IMG/VR virus record: IMGVR_UViG_3300030372_001743
Coordinates: 1-35,644 of that record
DNA length: 35,644 nt
Origin: a virus
Taxonomy: Duplodnaviria; Caudoviricetes
Reading direction: 5' to 3' (one strand)
In this document: positions 1 through 11,900 of the stretch, in pieces
Numbering within the stretch: the first letter of the stretch is position 1
Layout of the letters: every line of letters starts with the position of its first letter
The notes under the pieces: model-generated
What the model was told of the DNA's origin: nothing
The model's input: only the letters and a program-made list of their open reading frames with translations
Database searches by the model: none
Made by a program: the position numbers and the translations under genes

Positions 1-1421
1 TCAACAGACTCAAATACAAAGCTCTTACCTTTAGGTTGAGATGTATCTAACTTAAGATACATTCCATCATAAGCACTTAAATTAGTGGCAATACCAACAA
101 TATCATCAAGGTATTGAAGTTTGGTTTCTCCACCACCACCAAATGATGCTAATTGCTGTTGAACTCTATTAACAAATAATCTGTAATGTTCTTGTAATTG
201 ATCAAGGGTTACAAAATTCTGATTTAATGGAGTTAATGGATCTTCATTATCAACTTCTGGTGGTTCTGCTAATAAATTTTCCTGTAGATTTTGTTTCTGT
301 GCTTCTTTTAATTCCTCTACAATATTACGCAGTTCATTTATATCTAAACCAGTATCAGTAAACTTTGTTTTTAATTTGGAAAGATCTTTTTTTACATCTT
401 TAATATCACTATCATAATATTTTACTTCTGGGAGATTTGTAATTTTCTCTTGCAATTCATCAAAATACTCTTTAAGAGAGGTGGTAATAACATTTTGTGA
501 TTCAATATTTTTAGTATTAAAATCCTTTACCTTATTATCAATATTCTCCTTTAGAAGATTATACTGTCCTAGTATTTGTTTCTTTAATTTCCTATCATCA
601 TCCTTTAGATGAAGTCTATATTCATGTATTTTGTCAGATGATTTTTTTAATTCTTCATATATTTTCTCACTAATTTCTTTTAAATTTGTTTTAACGGTAT
701 CAACATCAACTCTAGTCTCAAAATCTTTTACTTCAATACTTTCTGATATCTGTTGGATATCATAACTAAACTTATCTCTAAGAGAATTTAATTCATCATC
801 ATAATACTTAACTTCAGGTAGACTATCAATCTTTTTATCAAGTTCATTTACCTGTTCATCATAATATTTTACCTCTGGTAAATCAGATATTGATTGTTTA
901 ACCTGATCTATTTCTTCATCATAATACTTTACTTCAGGAACTACTGGTATCTCAGATCGTAACTCTTCAATAGTTTCTGATATTTTTTCAAGGTCATCAT
1001 CATAATATTTTATTTCTGGGATATCTGGTATATTATCTCTTACCTCATTAACAAGACCAACTAATTCATTCCACTCAGGTCTTTTAATAATATCAATAAA
1101 TTCATAATCTCTAAATTGCATTTCAGGACTATATTCCTGAACAGAAATTCCACCAGTAGTTTCGATATCTTCTTCTTCTACTACTTCTTCTTCCTCAATA
1201 TAATCCTCAATAGTTGGTAAATTCTCATCAACTATCTTATCTTCTAATGAAGGTAAATTTGGTTTTTCGTATATTACTTTCTCTTCTAAATCTACGACAT
1301 ACTCTTCAACAGAAGGTAATTCTTCTACAACTTTCTCTTCTGTTATAAATTCATCGACTGATGGCAATTCTACGGTATTCTCCGTAAAATCATCCAACGA
1401 CGGCAATTCGTCTTTCGGCAT
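1..1421 (-). CDS. Acidic, repeat-rich coiled-coil protein downstream of gp16 (3' end truncated by window edge)
   Basis: Not in ORF track because it has no stop in the window. ATG at 1421-1419, reading MPKDELPSLDDFTENTVELPSVDEF... open to position 3 (...SFVFESV). It has five LP(S/T)xx(D/E) repeats and five PE(V/I)KYYD repeats, and a late-promoter-like AATAAATA lies upstream at 1463-1470. Confidence 0.85.
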   Translation of the reverse strand, partial: MPKDELPSLDDFTENTVELPSVDEFITEEKVVEELPSVEEYVVDLEEKVIYEKPNLPSLEDKIVDENLPTIEDYIEEEEVVEEEDIETTGGISVQEYSPEMQFRDYEFIDIIKRPEWNELVGLVNEVRDNIPDIPEIKYYDDDLEKISETIEELRSEIPVVPEVKYYDEEIDQVKQSISDLPEVKYYDEQVNELDKKIDSLPEVKYYDDELNSLRDKFSYDIQQISESIEVKDFETRVDVDTVKTNLKEISEKIYEELKKSSDKIHEYRLHLKDDDRKLKKQILGQYNLLKENIDNKVKDFNTKNIESQNVITTSLKEYFDELQEKITNLPEVKYYDSDIKDVKKDLSKLKTKFTDTGLDINELRNIVEELKEAQKQNLQENLLAEPPEVDNEDPLTPLNQNFVTLDQLQEHYRLFVNRVQQQLASFGGGGETKLQYLDDIVGIATNLSAYDGMYLKLDTSQPKGKSFVFESV

Positions 1422-1461
1422 TTTATGAGTATGTTAATACTTCAGGATTTCTCTCCTCTTT

Positions 1462-1920
1462 TTATTTATTCTGTTCCTTCACTCCATTTTTTAATAACTT
1501 AGCTAGTTCTGCTGTGGAACCAACAAAGAGTGCATTATTAACTGTATTTGGTCCTTTTTGAGGACTATCTTCCTCAACATCTTTTAGTTTCTTCTGAAGA
1601 TCCATTAACTTATCAGTTGCATCAGAAACACTCTTAATCAACTGTCCTGCGACCTCATATGCCCTTGGCATCTCACTATCCTGTGCAAGTTCAAGAATAC
1701 CATTAATTGCTTCCTGACCCTTTTCTATGATGCTATAAAGATTACCACGAGTATACTCATAGTCTTTAGTTATATCATCTTTAGTGAATCTATCTGGTCT
1801 GTTTATACCAACATTACTAACATTAGTAAGTTGGTCTTTTCTAGTAGTGCAACCTCCTTCTGGAGTATCACTTACTTCAGAAGGTGTTATATTAAAAGCA
1901 TCATCTAAGTTATTTTTCAC
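1462..1920 (-). CDS. gp16: Terminase small subunit (DNA packaging)
   Basis: Motifs DYEYTRGNLY, PRAYEVAGQLIK and NNALFVGSTAEL are typical of T4-like gp16. Follows gp15. GTG start. Confidence 0.93.
   Translation of the reverse strand: MKNNLDDAFNITPSEVSDTPEGGCTTRKDQLTNVSNVGINRPDRFTKDDITKDYEYTRGNLYSIIEKGQEAINGILELAQDSEMPRAYEVAGQLIKSVSDATDKLMDLQKKLKDVEEDSPQKGPNTVNNALFVGSTAELAKLLKNGVKEQNK
1463..1470 (-). promoter_or_regulatory. T4-type late promoter-like motif AATAAATA
   Basis: Matches T4 TATAAATA at 7/8, overlaps the gp16 stop, about 40 nt upstream of the ATG at 1421. Confidence 0.6.
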
Positions 1921-1921
1921 T

Positions 1922-2944
1922 TTAATCTCCAGTTAATGATCCACTAAATCCAAAGTCATCACCGTCCTCTACCAATGCATTATCAGCAGATGTAATAGAC
2001 TTAACATCTGTTCCTCGAACATGTGGAACCTTAGTAGTCTTATCTTGACCTCTCTTAACAGTCAACTTATTACCATCAACTGCTTTAACATATAATTCTT
2101 CTCCACCCACATCAATATAAACACTTGTTGATCCAGAAGATGCTGTAACAGAAGCACCATCCTCAACTTCAAATGTAGTTTGAGTAGCAGTGATATCTTG
2201 TGCCAAGTTAGTAAGAACAGTTCCATCATAGTTCTGAATTGCTCTAGGAACAACAGAGTATGTAAGATTGCGTTGTGCATTGGATGTATCTGTCCCAGTA
2301 AGATAGTTGACTGTAGACTTGGTAATAATATCCTTGGAAGCATCAGAAACAGGACCAAAGAGGTAGGTCTTAGCAGTAAATCTTAAAGTATAAAGAAGAA
2401 CTCTTCTAGACTCAAAATCTCCTTCATAATCATCCTGCATAGTAATATTTTCTAAAACAATAGGAATATCTCTTTTCTCATTAATACTACCTACTAAATT
2501 TACCGTTAAATTATATGATGGTTGAAAATATGGTAATATTTGTTCTACTATTTGTAAGGCATCATCATTCAATTTAGTCATAACAGCAAGTTCAAATTGC
2601 ATGTTATAAGGAACAGGCATATATGCCTTTTTCTCATCTGGAGTATCTGAATCTGGATTTTGAATTATAATTTTCTGAGTTGTAGTTACCTTTCTAGAAG
2701 GATCATATGTTAAACCAGTAAACTCAAAAGACATCCTTGGTAATGATAAGGATGTTGCTTTATTAAGATCTGGTGACTGAGTTAATCTTGCCAAAAACTT
2801 TTGAGTAGGTCCATATGCAAGAGGAACTCTAATTATACTAGCGTCAGTATCTCCACCACTTTGTTTAATGGATATACTATTAAACAGAGTTCCAAAACCA
2901 ATAATGGTTCTTCTCAAGATTTCGTTATAAAAATATTCAAACAT
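1922..2944 (-). CDS. gp15: Tail sheath stabilizer / tail terminator with C-terminal extension
   Basis: YFYNEILRRTIIGFGTLFN, VPLAYGP.QKFL, LPRMSFE, DALQIVEQILPYFQP. Gene order gp13-gp14-gp15-gp16. Confidence 0.95.
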   Translation of the reverse strand: MFEYFYNEILRRTIIGFGTLFNSISIKQSGGDTDASIIRVPLAYGPTQKFLARLTQSPDLNKATSLSLPRMSFEFTGLTYDPSRKVTTTQKIIIQNPDSDTPDEKKAYMPVPYNMQFELAVMTKLNDDALQIVEQILPYFQPSYNLTVNLVGSINEKRDIPIVLENITMQDDYEGDFESRRVLLYTLRFTAKTYLFGPVSDASKDIITKSTVNYLTGTDTSNAQRNLTYSVVPRAIQNYDGTVLTNLAQDITATQTTFEVEDGASVTASSGSTSVYIDVGGEELYVKAVDGNKLTVKRGQDKTTKVPHVRGTDVKSITSADNALVEDGDDFGFSGSLTGD

Positions 2945-2962
2945 TGTTATAGTCCTAGTATC

Positions 2963-2974
2963 TTATATTTAGGG
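2963..2974 (-). promoter_or_regulatory. Late promoter-like motif (CCCTAAATATAA, core CTAAATA) upstream of gp15
   Basis: Identical 12-mer at 5280-5291. TAAATA core of the T4 late promoter, overlapping the gp14 stop. Confidence 0.55.
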
Positions 2975-4405
2975 AATACCGAATGGGTTCTGTTCACTGA
3001 AGTCTAAAATATCATCTGCAGCAGATTCTATATTGACATTATCAGCAAATCCATCATCTGGGGGATCTTCACTAACAACTCTTAAAGAGTGAACAGCACC
3101 AGAACTTCCACCAGTTATATTTTCTCCAATACTAAACATTCCAGAGACATTTGCCACCTCTAAAATATTTGTAGTTGCATTCCAAGTTCTTACTCTACCT
3201 TTCACACCAGTTATAGATCCTGTTACAATTTCATTAAACTTGAAGTTACCACTATTGTCAAGTGAAGGATCACCAATAGTAATAGTTGGAGTGGAAGTAT
3301 ATCCAGCACCAGCATTAACAATATGAAGATGACTGATAGTTCCAGCAGCACTTACAACAGCTTCAACAGTAGCAGTGGTTCCTACTCCTACATTAGGTGC
3401 AGAGACCGTTACAGTAGGTGCTGTAGTGTATCCAGAACCCCCTGAAGTGATAGTAACTATACCTATGGTATTATCACCTATAAATGCTGTTCCTGCTGCT
3501 CCAGACCCTCCAGAACCACTTATTTGGATTGTTGGTGCTAAAGTATATCCAGCACCTGGATTTGTAATTACAACCTGTTGAACAGATTTTAAATTATTAC
3601 TTATATTTAAATTACATACGTTAATTCCACTGATCATAGTAGCAGTGAGAATACCAGTTACTCCTCCTGAAGGAGCAGAACTTACTCCAATAGTTGGAAT
3701 AGCACTATAACCACCACCTCTATTGCTTATGTTAATAAGTCTAATAGCACCATCTGTAGTATAACCAACTACAGCACTAGCAGTTGCACCAGTGCCAACT
3801 AAAGTTAGTGTTTGAGAAGATCCAAGTAATGTTGATAGACCATCTTCAGAAGTTCCATCTGCATTATCACCGATTAATGTATCATCAATCTCAGAAACTC
3901 CAGTATCAATAACCTCATCCTCGTAACGGAAGAGTTCACACTTAAGAGTATAAACGTAATTCTTTTTTAACTGATAGAATGGTTTTTCATGCTCAACATA
4001 TTTGATTTCAAATAAACGATCACCTAGTGGAAAATAAACTAAATCACCCTCTTTAGGTCGGGTAGTTAACTTTACATTAGATTCGTTTTTAAGCAATGGT
4101 TGGATATATGTTTCCCATCTTTCTCTAGAAATAACAAGAGTTACTTCATTAGTTTGCTCAATACCAAACTTTGAAAGTAAAGTTGGATTGTCTGCATATC
4201 CATCAAAATTATCTACATATGCTTCAAGTGGATAAGAATCATCAAATACTGATTGAACCACTTCCCTCAATATAGTCTTCTCATTCATATATTTACGAGG
4301 AAGATAATGTATCTCAACACCATACATCCTCAACTGTTCGTTGATTAAATCTTGAACTAGATTCTGTTCCGAATTAGATCCTTGTTGGAAAAATGGATTG
4401 AGCAT
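2969..4405 (-). CDS. gp14: Neck protein with inserted GxGY-repeat domains
   Basis: EQNLVQDLINEQLRMYG, YLPR, SKFGI, RPKEGDLVYFP, LFEIKYVEHEKPFYQL and C-terminal DFSEQNPFG are typical of gp14. Confidence 0.93.
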   Translation of the reverse strand: MLNPFFQQGSNSEQNLVQDLINEQLRMYGVEIHYLPRKYMNEKTILREVVQSVFDDSYPLEAYVDNFDGYADNPTLLSKFGIEQTNEVTLVISRERWETYIQPLLKNESNVKLTTRPKEGDLVYFPLGDRLFEIKYVEHEKPFYQLKKNYVYTLKCELFRYEDEVIDTGVSEIDDTLIGDNADGTSEDGLSTLLGSSQTLTLVGTGATASAVVGYTTDGAIRLINISNRGGGYSAIPTIGVSSAPSGGVTGILTATMISGINVCNLNISNNLKSVQQVVITNPGAGYTLAPTIQISGSGGSGAAGTAFIGDNTIGIVTITSGGSGYTTAPTVTVSAPNVGVGTTATVEAVVSAAGTISHLHIVNAGAGYTSTPTITIGDPSLDNSGNFKFNEIVTGSITGVKGRVRTWNATTNILEVANVSGMFSIGENITGGSSGAVHSLRVVSEDPPDDGFADNVNIESAADDILDFSEQNPFGIP

Positions 4406-4408
4406 AAT

Positions 4409-5263
4409 CTATCCTATCATATCCAACGGTGGAAGTTCATAAGTGTTGGACATTTGTTCTCTAATAATTTCCAAATCTTTTTCTGCGTCATCATATATTT
4501 GTCTTCCATTCATTTCAATTCCACCAGGTAATTTAACACCTTGGAACTTTAATAAATTTTGCCCCCACTGTTTCTTTATGAGAGCAGTAGCATATCTCTT
4601 CAAGAATGAATCATTCCACACTCTAGTATAATCATTTGGATTCATAAGTCTAAAACATTCAAGAACAATAAATTCATCAACTTCACATGCTGACCAATCA
4701 ATATCAAGATACAATCTATCTTGTCTCTGATTAAACCTAATCTGTTTACGTGTGGTTAATAGATAATCAATATCAGACAAATATGTCTGTGTCATTGCAT
4801 AACTTAAAAGTCCATTATATCCAAGATTAAAAGCAATATCATTTAAGAATAATTGATATTTAATACTAAACATATTATTTGATATTGCATTACTTCCACC
4901 AAAACGGAATATTTTTTCTACACCAATAACAGATGATGGAACTGGTATATAATTACTATTTTCATACCACTCAAAGTCTGATTCTGTTCCTGCAATATCT
5001 GCTGTTACAGTTTCTGTTGTTATTCCTGTTCTTTTCTTTCCTGTTAAAACAGATGCTCTTCCCCTATCAATATCAGCTTGAGTTATTTGATACTTAAGAT
5101 ATGTTCTAACTACACCATCAAAATGCCTTTCATGGAAATATTGAATAGCATCGTCAATCCTATCTTCGCATTGTTCGTCAGCGACATTAATCTCCAGCAC
5201 TGGAGCACCTAATTGCCTTAAGCAATACTGTTTAAATTCGGATCTACTTCCTGGTTGTGCCAT
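4409..5263 (-). CDS. gp13: Neck protein
   Basis: YCLRQLGAPVLEINVADEQ, KKQWGQNLLKFQGVKLPGGIEMNGRQIY. Synteny. Confidence 0.95.
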   Translation of the reverse strand: MAQPGSRSEFKQYCLRQLGAPVLEINVADEQCEDRIDDAIQYFHERHFDGVVRTYLKYQITQADIDRGRASVLTGKKRTGITTETVTADIAGTESDFEWYENSNYIPVPSSVIGVEKIFRFGGSNAISNNMFSIKYQLFLNDIAFNLGYNGLLSYAMTQTYLSDIDYLLTTRKQIRFNQRQDRLYLDIDWSACEVDEFIVLECFRLMNPNDYTRVWNDSFLKRYATALIKKQWGQNLLKFQGVKLPGGIEMNGRQIYDDAEKDLEIIREQMSNTYELPPLDMIG

Positions 5264-5279
5264 TTATACTCTACCTCTA

Positions 5280-5291
5280 TTATATTTAGGG
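5280..5291 (-). promoter_or_regulatory. Late promoter-like motif (CCCTAAATATAA) upstream of gp13
   Basis: Identical to 2963-2974, 17 nt upstream of the gp13 ATG, overlapping the stop of the upstream ORF. Confidence 0.55.
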
Positions 5292-5690
5292 TGCGGAAGC
5301 AATTCCAGCATGAACTAATATATTTCCATTTACTATATTGTAAATTGTTGCTCCAGAACTTACTAGAACATTGTATTCATATCTACCTTCAGATAGATCT
5401 CTTGTAGCAGTGGATCCCATTGATATATCAAATATTCCACCACCAGCACTACTAAACCCTACGGTAAAGGTTCCTGAAGGTGTTGTAGTTGCACCAATTC
5501 CTGCACTTTTCTGCATTTGAGAAGATCCAGTCCAGACCGAAGTTGTTGTCAGTCCTTGGAAATCAAAAGCAACATCAGAAGTATCAACTACATTAAAAGT
5601 AGCCTTAAAATCTGCACCAGTATAAAGTGCTAAATTAGCAGCATATGGAACTCCTGCATTTGGATCAAATGTCAGATTTTTACTTGCCAT
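5286..5690 (-). CDS. Conserved hypothetical, probably a virion-associated beta-sandwich protein
   Basis: 134-aa ORF in the structural operon with alternating beta-strand pattern (ANLALYTGADFKATF...GRYEYNVLV...IVNGNILV). The fold is an inference. Confidence 0.75.
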   Translation of the reverse strand: MASKNLTFDPNAGVPYAANLALYTGADFKATFNVVDTSDVAFDFQGLTTTSVWTGSSQMQKSAGIGATTTPSGTFTVGFSSAGGGIFDISMGSTATRDLSEGRYEYNVLVSSGATIYNIVNGNILVHAGIASAP

Positions 5691-5904
5691 TGACTAATTC
5701 CTTTAGTAGAGATTTGATTTCACCAATTTCACCTTTTAAACTAGCAAGATCGTTTTCCATAGATTCGACTCTTTCGTTTCTTGATAATTTTGCTTTTCTA
5801 GCAGAAGTATAATGAGTATAATCTAGAGAATTTACATTAACTATGGTATTTGTGGCAGGATCTCTTGCAAGATCAGCATGTCCTTCAATGTTGTAATGTT
5901 CCAT
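5680..5904 (-). CDS. Small hypothetical protein with C-terminal coiled coil
   Basis: 74 aa, tightly packed between neighbours. LARDP.T..IVN N-terminus and heptad-like LASLKGEIGEIKSLLKEL. Confidence 0.8.
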   Translation of the reverse strand: MEHYNIEGHADLARDPATNTIVNVNSLDYTHYTSARKAKLSRNERVESMENDLASLKGEIGEIKSLLKELVNGK

Positions 5905-5905
5905 A

Positions 5906-8900
5906 CTATGCTAGTGCCATTACTCTCAAATCTTTAATTCTAGGGACATATACCTGACTATTTCCTGTCAATAGAAGTTTAATTCTATAGTATCTAAATG
6001 CAGGTAAATTGTCAGCAGTGAAAGTATAATCACTGAAGTTTGCTGTCTCTATGAAACTATACTGATTGATTTTAGGAACAAACTTATCAGACTGACCATC
6101 ACTATCTTGAGCATTAATTACTTCACCTCTATTGTTTAGATTATTAAATCCAGGGAAAGGTGTGAAAATTGGTTCAAATGATTGTTTATCACCAATAGCA
6201 TAGAATGCTCTGACGTTTGCATCAGTATGAATATGTGCAGCTAATACGACCTTAATAGAAGTAGCTGGATTTTCCAATCTTATTTCCTTACTTAGATACT
6301 GACAAGCAGTAGGATCTTCAAGAAGAGTTTTTACTCTTCTATCTGTTGCATAATCACTAATAACATTATCAACTCTATTAGATACGAGAATTGTGCTAAC
6401 TCTTTGAGCATCTAATACAGGAGTTAACTTAGTATTAGTAGTGTTTAAACTTACTCTTATTTGTAATGACTTATTACCCTCAATATTATCTAATCTTTCA
6501 TCCTCATTAACTTTTGAGTAAATTGCTCTAGAACTAGTAAGGTAGTTTGTTTCACCGATAGTGATAGATTCAAACCCTTGATCAATATAAGGTATTTCAT
6601 TATTACCCATACCAGAAGCAGAAGTGGTTCTTATTTCAGCACCAATTGTAGTTCCAGTAACTGTCATATTATGAATAATTGGGTTAATTGCTTCAAAGGA
6701 CATATTCTGAGTAGCTTTGATATCATAACCACCACAAGATTTGGTTTGATTAAAGTAAAGTTTGGGGAATCCAACATCAGTGCTTCTATCAGTAGCATCA
6801 AATTGATTTCCATTAATAGATTTACTTGTTTGATCTATCTTAACATTATAAAAATCAAACCCTATTGATCCAGAGGATGCTGTAGATGTTGAAGTAGATA
6901 ATCCATGAGTTTTATTAATTCTTGCAAGAGAAACCCCACCAAGTTCATATTTATGGACAGGTGTTCCAACTAAGTAGTCAACCTGATCATCTCCTCTTGT
7001 ATCAATGGTAATTACATTACCAGTAACATTATTATATTTAATAACCTCATTTCCAATTTTAACCAATCCTTGATTAGTTGTTCCAACTCCAACATTTTCA
7101 AAAGTTGTAAAGGAACTTGCATCATCTACACTAAAGGAAGCTTCATTACCAACATTTAATGCAAGACTTAATTTTGTTGGTTTAATATCAGACTGAACAT
7201 CCTTTATTACCACCAAATTTTCAGTAGAATACATTCCATGATTTTTATGATTGACTTTAAAATGCAATCCATCTGATTCTACATCAATTGAACTTAGGGT
7301 AACGTTACCACCATGACTGAAGTTTAACTCTGTTGTAACACCAGCACTATTAGTATACCTCATCGTCTTACCAGCACCAGTAGCAAAGTTACCTTGGACA
7401 TTATCCAAGATAAGTTCGTTTGTCATTCCAATACCAGTAATACTAAATCTACCATCTCTACCAACAGTTCCACTACCACCAGTAGAAAGACCGATAGTTG
7501 TAATACCAACAACATCACCTACCTGATAACCACTTCCACCAGAAGTAATTGTGCAAGCACCAACAACTCCATTTTCAATATAAACATTACCAACTGCACC
7601 TCTTCCTTCACCAGTAACAGTTACTAAATTAACATTACTAAATGTAGAATTACCATCTAAAGGTGTATATCCAATACCAACATTGGCAATAGAAAGTGTT
7701 CCTGTAGCAGAACCACCAGCACCTACTAGATTACCTGTTGCATTCGTTCCATCTTGACTAAAGGTATTTCCTTCAACATAACTATCACCAACTGTGGTTC
7801 CCAATCCAACTCTTACTCTCCTAGAACCAATTACTATAGAATTGGATTGAAGTGTTGGCATTTGATTATTTCCTTCACCCAATTCAGGACTATAGAATTC
7901 TACACTTCCTGAAGTTTCAAATTCTGCCCTATAGATAGTAAATTTGAGATCTTCCCATTGACTTGGTTCCCATGTAGAAGCATTTTGCGACTTAAATAGA
8001 GATCCCAAATAAGGTTGGTTAGAAATATAAGTATCAGTTAAGAGATCAGTCTCACCAATTCTAGAAATATAAACACTATATTTTGTTGAGTTTGATGCTA
8101 ATGCTATAGCATATTCAGTATTACCACCTTCCAAATAAATTGGAGCTTTAAATGTAACAGTAGTTGCTACAGATCCATCTGCTGAAGTAGTAACATCTTC
8201 TGGTTGTAGAATAATCTCTGAGAATGGGAGAATATGTTGAGTTGGGAATCCATTCTTCATGGATCTTATTTGGAATACACAAGGAACATCAGCATCATCT
8301 TTTGTTCTAAAGAAAATATCACATTTTGTTATAAAGACTCCACCATCATCTTCAACTAAGAATGATTGAGCTAGAGGGTCATACCATCCAGTAATTCTTT
8401 CTGATGTTGATCGGTCAAGAACATCTTCTCCAACAACAGTTGTTCCAAGACTTTCTTCTACATTTCTTTCTTGGAATTCTTGTCTTTGTTCAACTCTGGC
8501 ATTTCTAATAGAAAGAATATTTTCCTGAACAGTTTCTAAAGTTCCAGCAGCAGTAAAGGTTTCATCAGTAAGTGTAGATGCTTTATCTGCATCATTTTCT
8601 GCATCATTTGTTAAAGTAAATACTTTTGTTCCAGTTTCAAATCTTGGGAAGTTAATGTTATTTGGATTTGGAATAAAGAATGATCCAGCACAGAATGCAG
8701 AAACATCAGAAATTAATTTTACACCAGTAACAGTTGCTCTTGCTCCACTAGTATGTCCATGAATAACCATTCCTTGCTCAATATAACCATGATAACTACC
8801 TTCTACCTCATTAGATAGTGAGAAAGTATCTACATTTAATAAATTAGAAGTGCTTGAATAGGATGATGATAGAGTTTGATTAGTGTATGGATTATCACGG

Positions 8901-11900
8901 AAAGTTTTTGTAGGAACATTATATGGTCCTTCTTTGTGATTTGATTGAGCAACCCTAAATCTAATTTGAGGAACATTATCTCTAGTTCTTCCACCCAACC
9001 CAGTATTGGTAACTGTTCCATGACATTGTTCTCCAACTTGGAATGTTCCAGAAGTCATTGATATTTCAATCAATTTAGGAACACAATACTTAGTTACATT
9101 TTGACCATCAAAGAAAGCAAATAATTGTGTTAATGGTTTAACTTTCTTAGCAACAAATTCAACATTTCTAGATCTCATAAATGGAACAAGATCTCTACTA
9201 ACAACTCTATCTCCTACAGACTGTTCATCAAATGTTTCAGTAACAACAGTTTGAGTTCCTGTTCTTGCTGCAGTTCCAGATCTAGTTGTTTCTCTTTGCC
9301 ATTCTCTTATAGTTACAGTTTCAGTTTGTTGAACCCATGCAGCAGGGTTGTTGCCCCAATCACCATTAATCCAACCACCTCTACCAAAAGTATTCTCAGT
9401 GGTTTCTACTCTAGTTCCAGCTTCAAAATCACGAGTCTCAATTCCTGTCCAAGTGGTTTCCCATGAATTCCAAAGAACAGGGCCTAAACCAGTTTGAGGA
9501 TCAACACCTTCATTTCTTACCAAATTATCCATCGTGGCAGCATAATTACCTTCAGTTTGAATAATTTTAGCTTCTAATCTTGCAGTATCTACCCAAGTAT
9601 CAGATGCAGGAGTTAACTCCATAGTTCCTTGCCAGAAACTAATCAAGAAAGGAGTAACACTTTCTGATCGAGTAGCAAAGTTTTGCTTAAGCCATTCAAC
9701 TTCACCATAATCTAATGTTATACAATCAGATGATTTTCTTACGTTAACTCCTTCAAGTGTAGCAAATTGTAGATCATCAGCAGCATCAACACCTACAACA
9801 GGACCAGGCATACAATCAACTGCATTAGTATAATGTCTTGGACGTAATTCCTTTCTTTTTCTATCTATTGAATTGTTAATAATTACATTTTCTTCTTGAG
9901 TTTGGAAAGATGTAAAATTATCAACAAAAAATCCAGACTTAAATCTATTCAATCCATCATTATCTGGAACAAATAAATTAGCTGTATTAGTTTCTAATAA
10001 TGAAAGAGTTGTATAATACTCAAGATTTTTAATTCTAGTATCAAGTTTCTTAATATCAGACATCGTATATCTACGATGATCTAAGAATCTTAATGTAGCA
10101 TCTTTGGGATTGTAAAGATATGGAGGAAGACCAACACTTGCTATTTCTATTGCATCATCAACAGGAACTGGTTTCTTAGGATCTTCAGATGGTTCACCAA
10201 ATTTTATTTGGAAATTTCCCGTTTTACTTAAGAAAATTCTATCAATTCTAGGAAGGAAGAATGAATAATCTATAACTATAGATTCATCTGATGCCAAAAT
10301 ATTTGGAACAGAATCTCCAGATCCAGTAAATGATCTTCCAAGGAATTCTAATGGAGATCTATCACCTTCTGAAACTGAGGTAATAGCAGAAACTCTTGGT
10401 CGTATATCAATTATATCTGTAGCACTATTATTAGCAATTCTTATAATATCAAATCCATATGTAAATTGATCATAAGAATTAACTGTAACAATATCTCCAG
10501 TATCATTAGAATCAAAAGATCCACTTTGATAATAAATTTTTAGTTTTCTCTTGGGAGTATCGGCATCTGCCTTTCTCTTAATTGTTCCATAATCATAAAA
10601 AGTTACTTCACCACCATCAAAGAAATTATAATTTGGTGATATATCAAAACTAATTGCATCTAAGGTAGATACAACTGCTTGTGCTGAAGACTCTTGGAAA
10701 GTTACAGTTTCACCTTCTTTAAATTCAAGATTATTTTTATAAACAAAACTGATTTGATTATTAGTTAATTTTTCTGCTACAATTGCTACAGCTTCACTAT
10801 CTTGACCAACCATATGCTCACCAATAATCAATTCATTAGTGGTAGTAGATTGTGTAACTATAGAAGAAAGAGTTACTTTTGGTGCTGATGGATTACTTGT
10901 ATCCGCTGATTCAAAAACACCATGAATTTGTATAAGATCAGGAACATTAACTGATATGACATCATCTTGAACTCTTGTTCCATATGGATAATTTCCATAT
11001 GTTAATCCATCATTTAATGTTGTTGCTCCAATTCCAGATCCTTGATCTCTTGAATAGTTAATAACAATAGATTTAACTTTATTGTTTATTTTCTGTTTAG
11101 CTAGTGGTTTTGACTTTTTAATAGTAGCAATAAGAGTTGCACCATTATTAGATTGTGATGGAGTTGATAAACCACGAATTTGACATGTATTACCAGTTCC
11201 AAAATCAAACTGATCAGCAGTTAAATCATAAGTAGTTCCATCAGCACCAATTAATGAATATCTTTTAGGTGTAAATGGTTGGAAAGTTTCATTAGAACCT
11301 ACAGTTGGTAATGGAGTATTTAATTGACCATTGCTAATAGATACAGAAAATGTTTTTCTTATAACAATACTAGCAGAAGTTAAATCAACATTTGAAATAT
11401 TTTTCTTTGGAAGAGGAGTAAATAAAGTATTATCAGATGAAGGATCCAATAAAGTTGTCATTACTCGTAAATCACTTACACTCTTAACAGATGTTTTTGG
11501 AAGTGTACCATCAACTATTCCTGTTACAGTAGTAACTCCAGTAACATAAACATGAGAAGATCCAACACTTACCACTCTTGCCGTAATTGGATCTTCTGAA
11601 AATTCCAAATCGGTATATTGGATTAAATTACCAACAGTTGTAATTCCTGGGAAGTTTGGATTAGCACTCTTAATAATTGATTGATTATTTGAATGAGTAA
11701 CCATACCAACTGTTGCTACTCCTACAGGGAATAACACTGAAGGAACTACATTAGCATTAAACGTATTAATACCAACCAAACCATCGTCAGTTCCATATAC
11801 TGATTTTACATCAGATACAGAATACTGAGTAATACCTACAGCAATTCTTCCATTATTAACACCATTGATTATAAGTTGCTCATTTTTAATAAAGTTACCA

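Noticed and set aside
411-1019. Regularly spaced 21-bp repeats resembling a CRISPR array
   Set aside because: They vary mainly at third codon positions, stay in frame and encode PE(V/I)KYYD, so they are protein repeats. No cas genes are present.
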